A DNA stretch of 63,502 bases, filler included, from Phoronis australis (Eukaryota > Animalia > Phoronida), in assembly GCA_002633005.1 (NCBI GenBank). It is 8 parts of 8 records of this genome, joined end to end, with 100 filler letters (N's around TTAATTAATTAA, not from the genome) between each part and the next. Parts side by side here need not be neighbours in the genome. Positions count along the whole stretch, not along the records: positions 60,723 to 63,502 come from NMRA01003428.1; 7 more parts are not named here. The stretch is one strand, 5' to 3'. Below the pieces are notes generated by a model. The model was given only the letters and a program-made list of their open reading frames with translations. It was not told the origin of the DNA and made no database searches. Both the position numbers and the translations under genes were made by a program. Every line of letters begins with the position of its first letter. Position 1 is the stretch's first letter. Shown here in pieces: positions 63,435-63,502 of the stretch.

Positions 63435-63502
63435 CTACGGATGAAAACGAATGAGAAGAGATGCGCATGGGTCAAAGCTCATTTTTCGTCTTCATGCTAC
63501 CA

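Noticed and set aside
61463-63475. Intronless Toll-like/LRR receptor pseudogene
   Set aside because: Splice-aware reading gives a clean SLC15 transporter; no LRR or TIR consensus.

Overview
AT-rich, intron-containing animal (invertebrate-type) genomic DNA. It is not one continuous locus: seven identical 100-bp spacers (44 N + TTAATTAATTAA + 44 N) split it into eight segments that are probably unrelated scaffolds, and two exons are cut exactly at a spacer. Host genes rebuilt by hand from splice signals: the first two coding exons of an XK-related scramblase (-), a probably pseudogenised small type-I membrane protein with an ephrin-receptor-like (GCC2/GCC3) Cys-rich domain (+), two PH-domain exons of a type II diacylglycerol kinase (-), two exons of Mis18 (-), two duplicated FN3 exons (-) and five in-frame exons of a divergent SLC15/POT transporter (-). 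The rest is largely transposon debris: spliced and unspliced hAT transposases, LINE ORF1, Penelope-like RT/GIY-YIG, a Gmr1-like gypsy element, solo-LTR-like pieces, THAP/Kolobok/ISL2EU-like relics, MITEs, tRNA-derived SINE heads and minisatellites. The most interesting region is 39954-48987. It holds an intact 7-exon, 337-aa C14orf93-like gene, a head-to-head partner ORF with one stop, a spliced basic orphan gene with a cluster of repeated ~60-nt hairpins downstream, and a CACT-type transposon end with subterminal repeats. This is a candidate multi-gene cargo CACTA-like element. All family assignments are by eye from remembered motifs; no searches were run.
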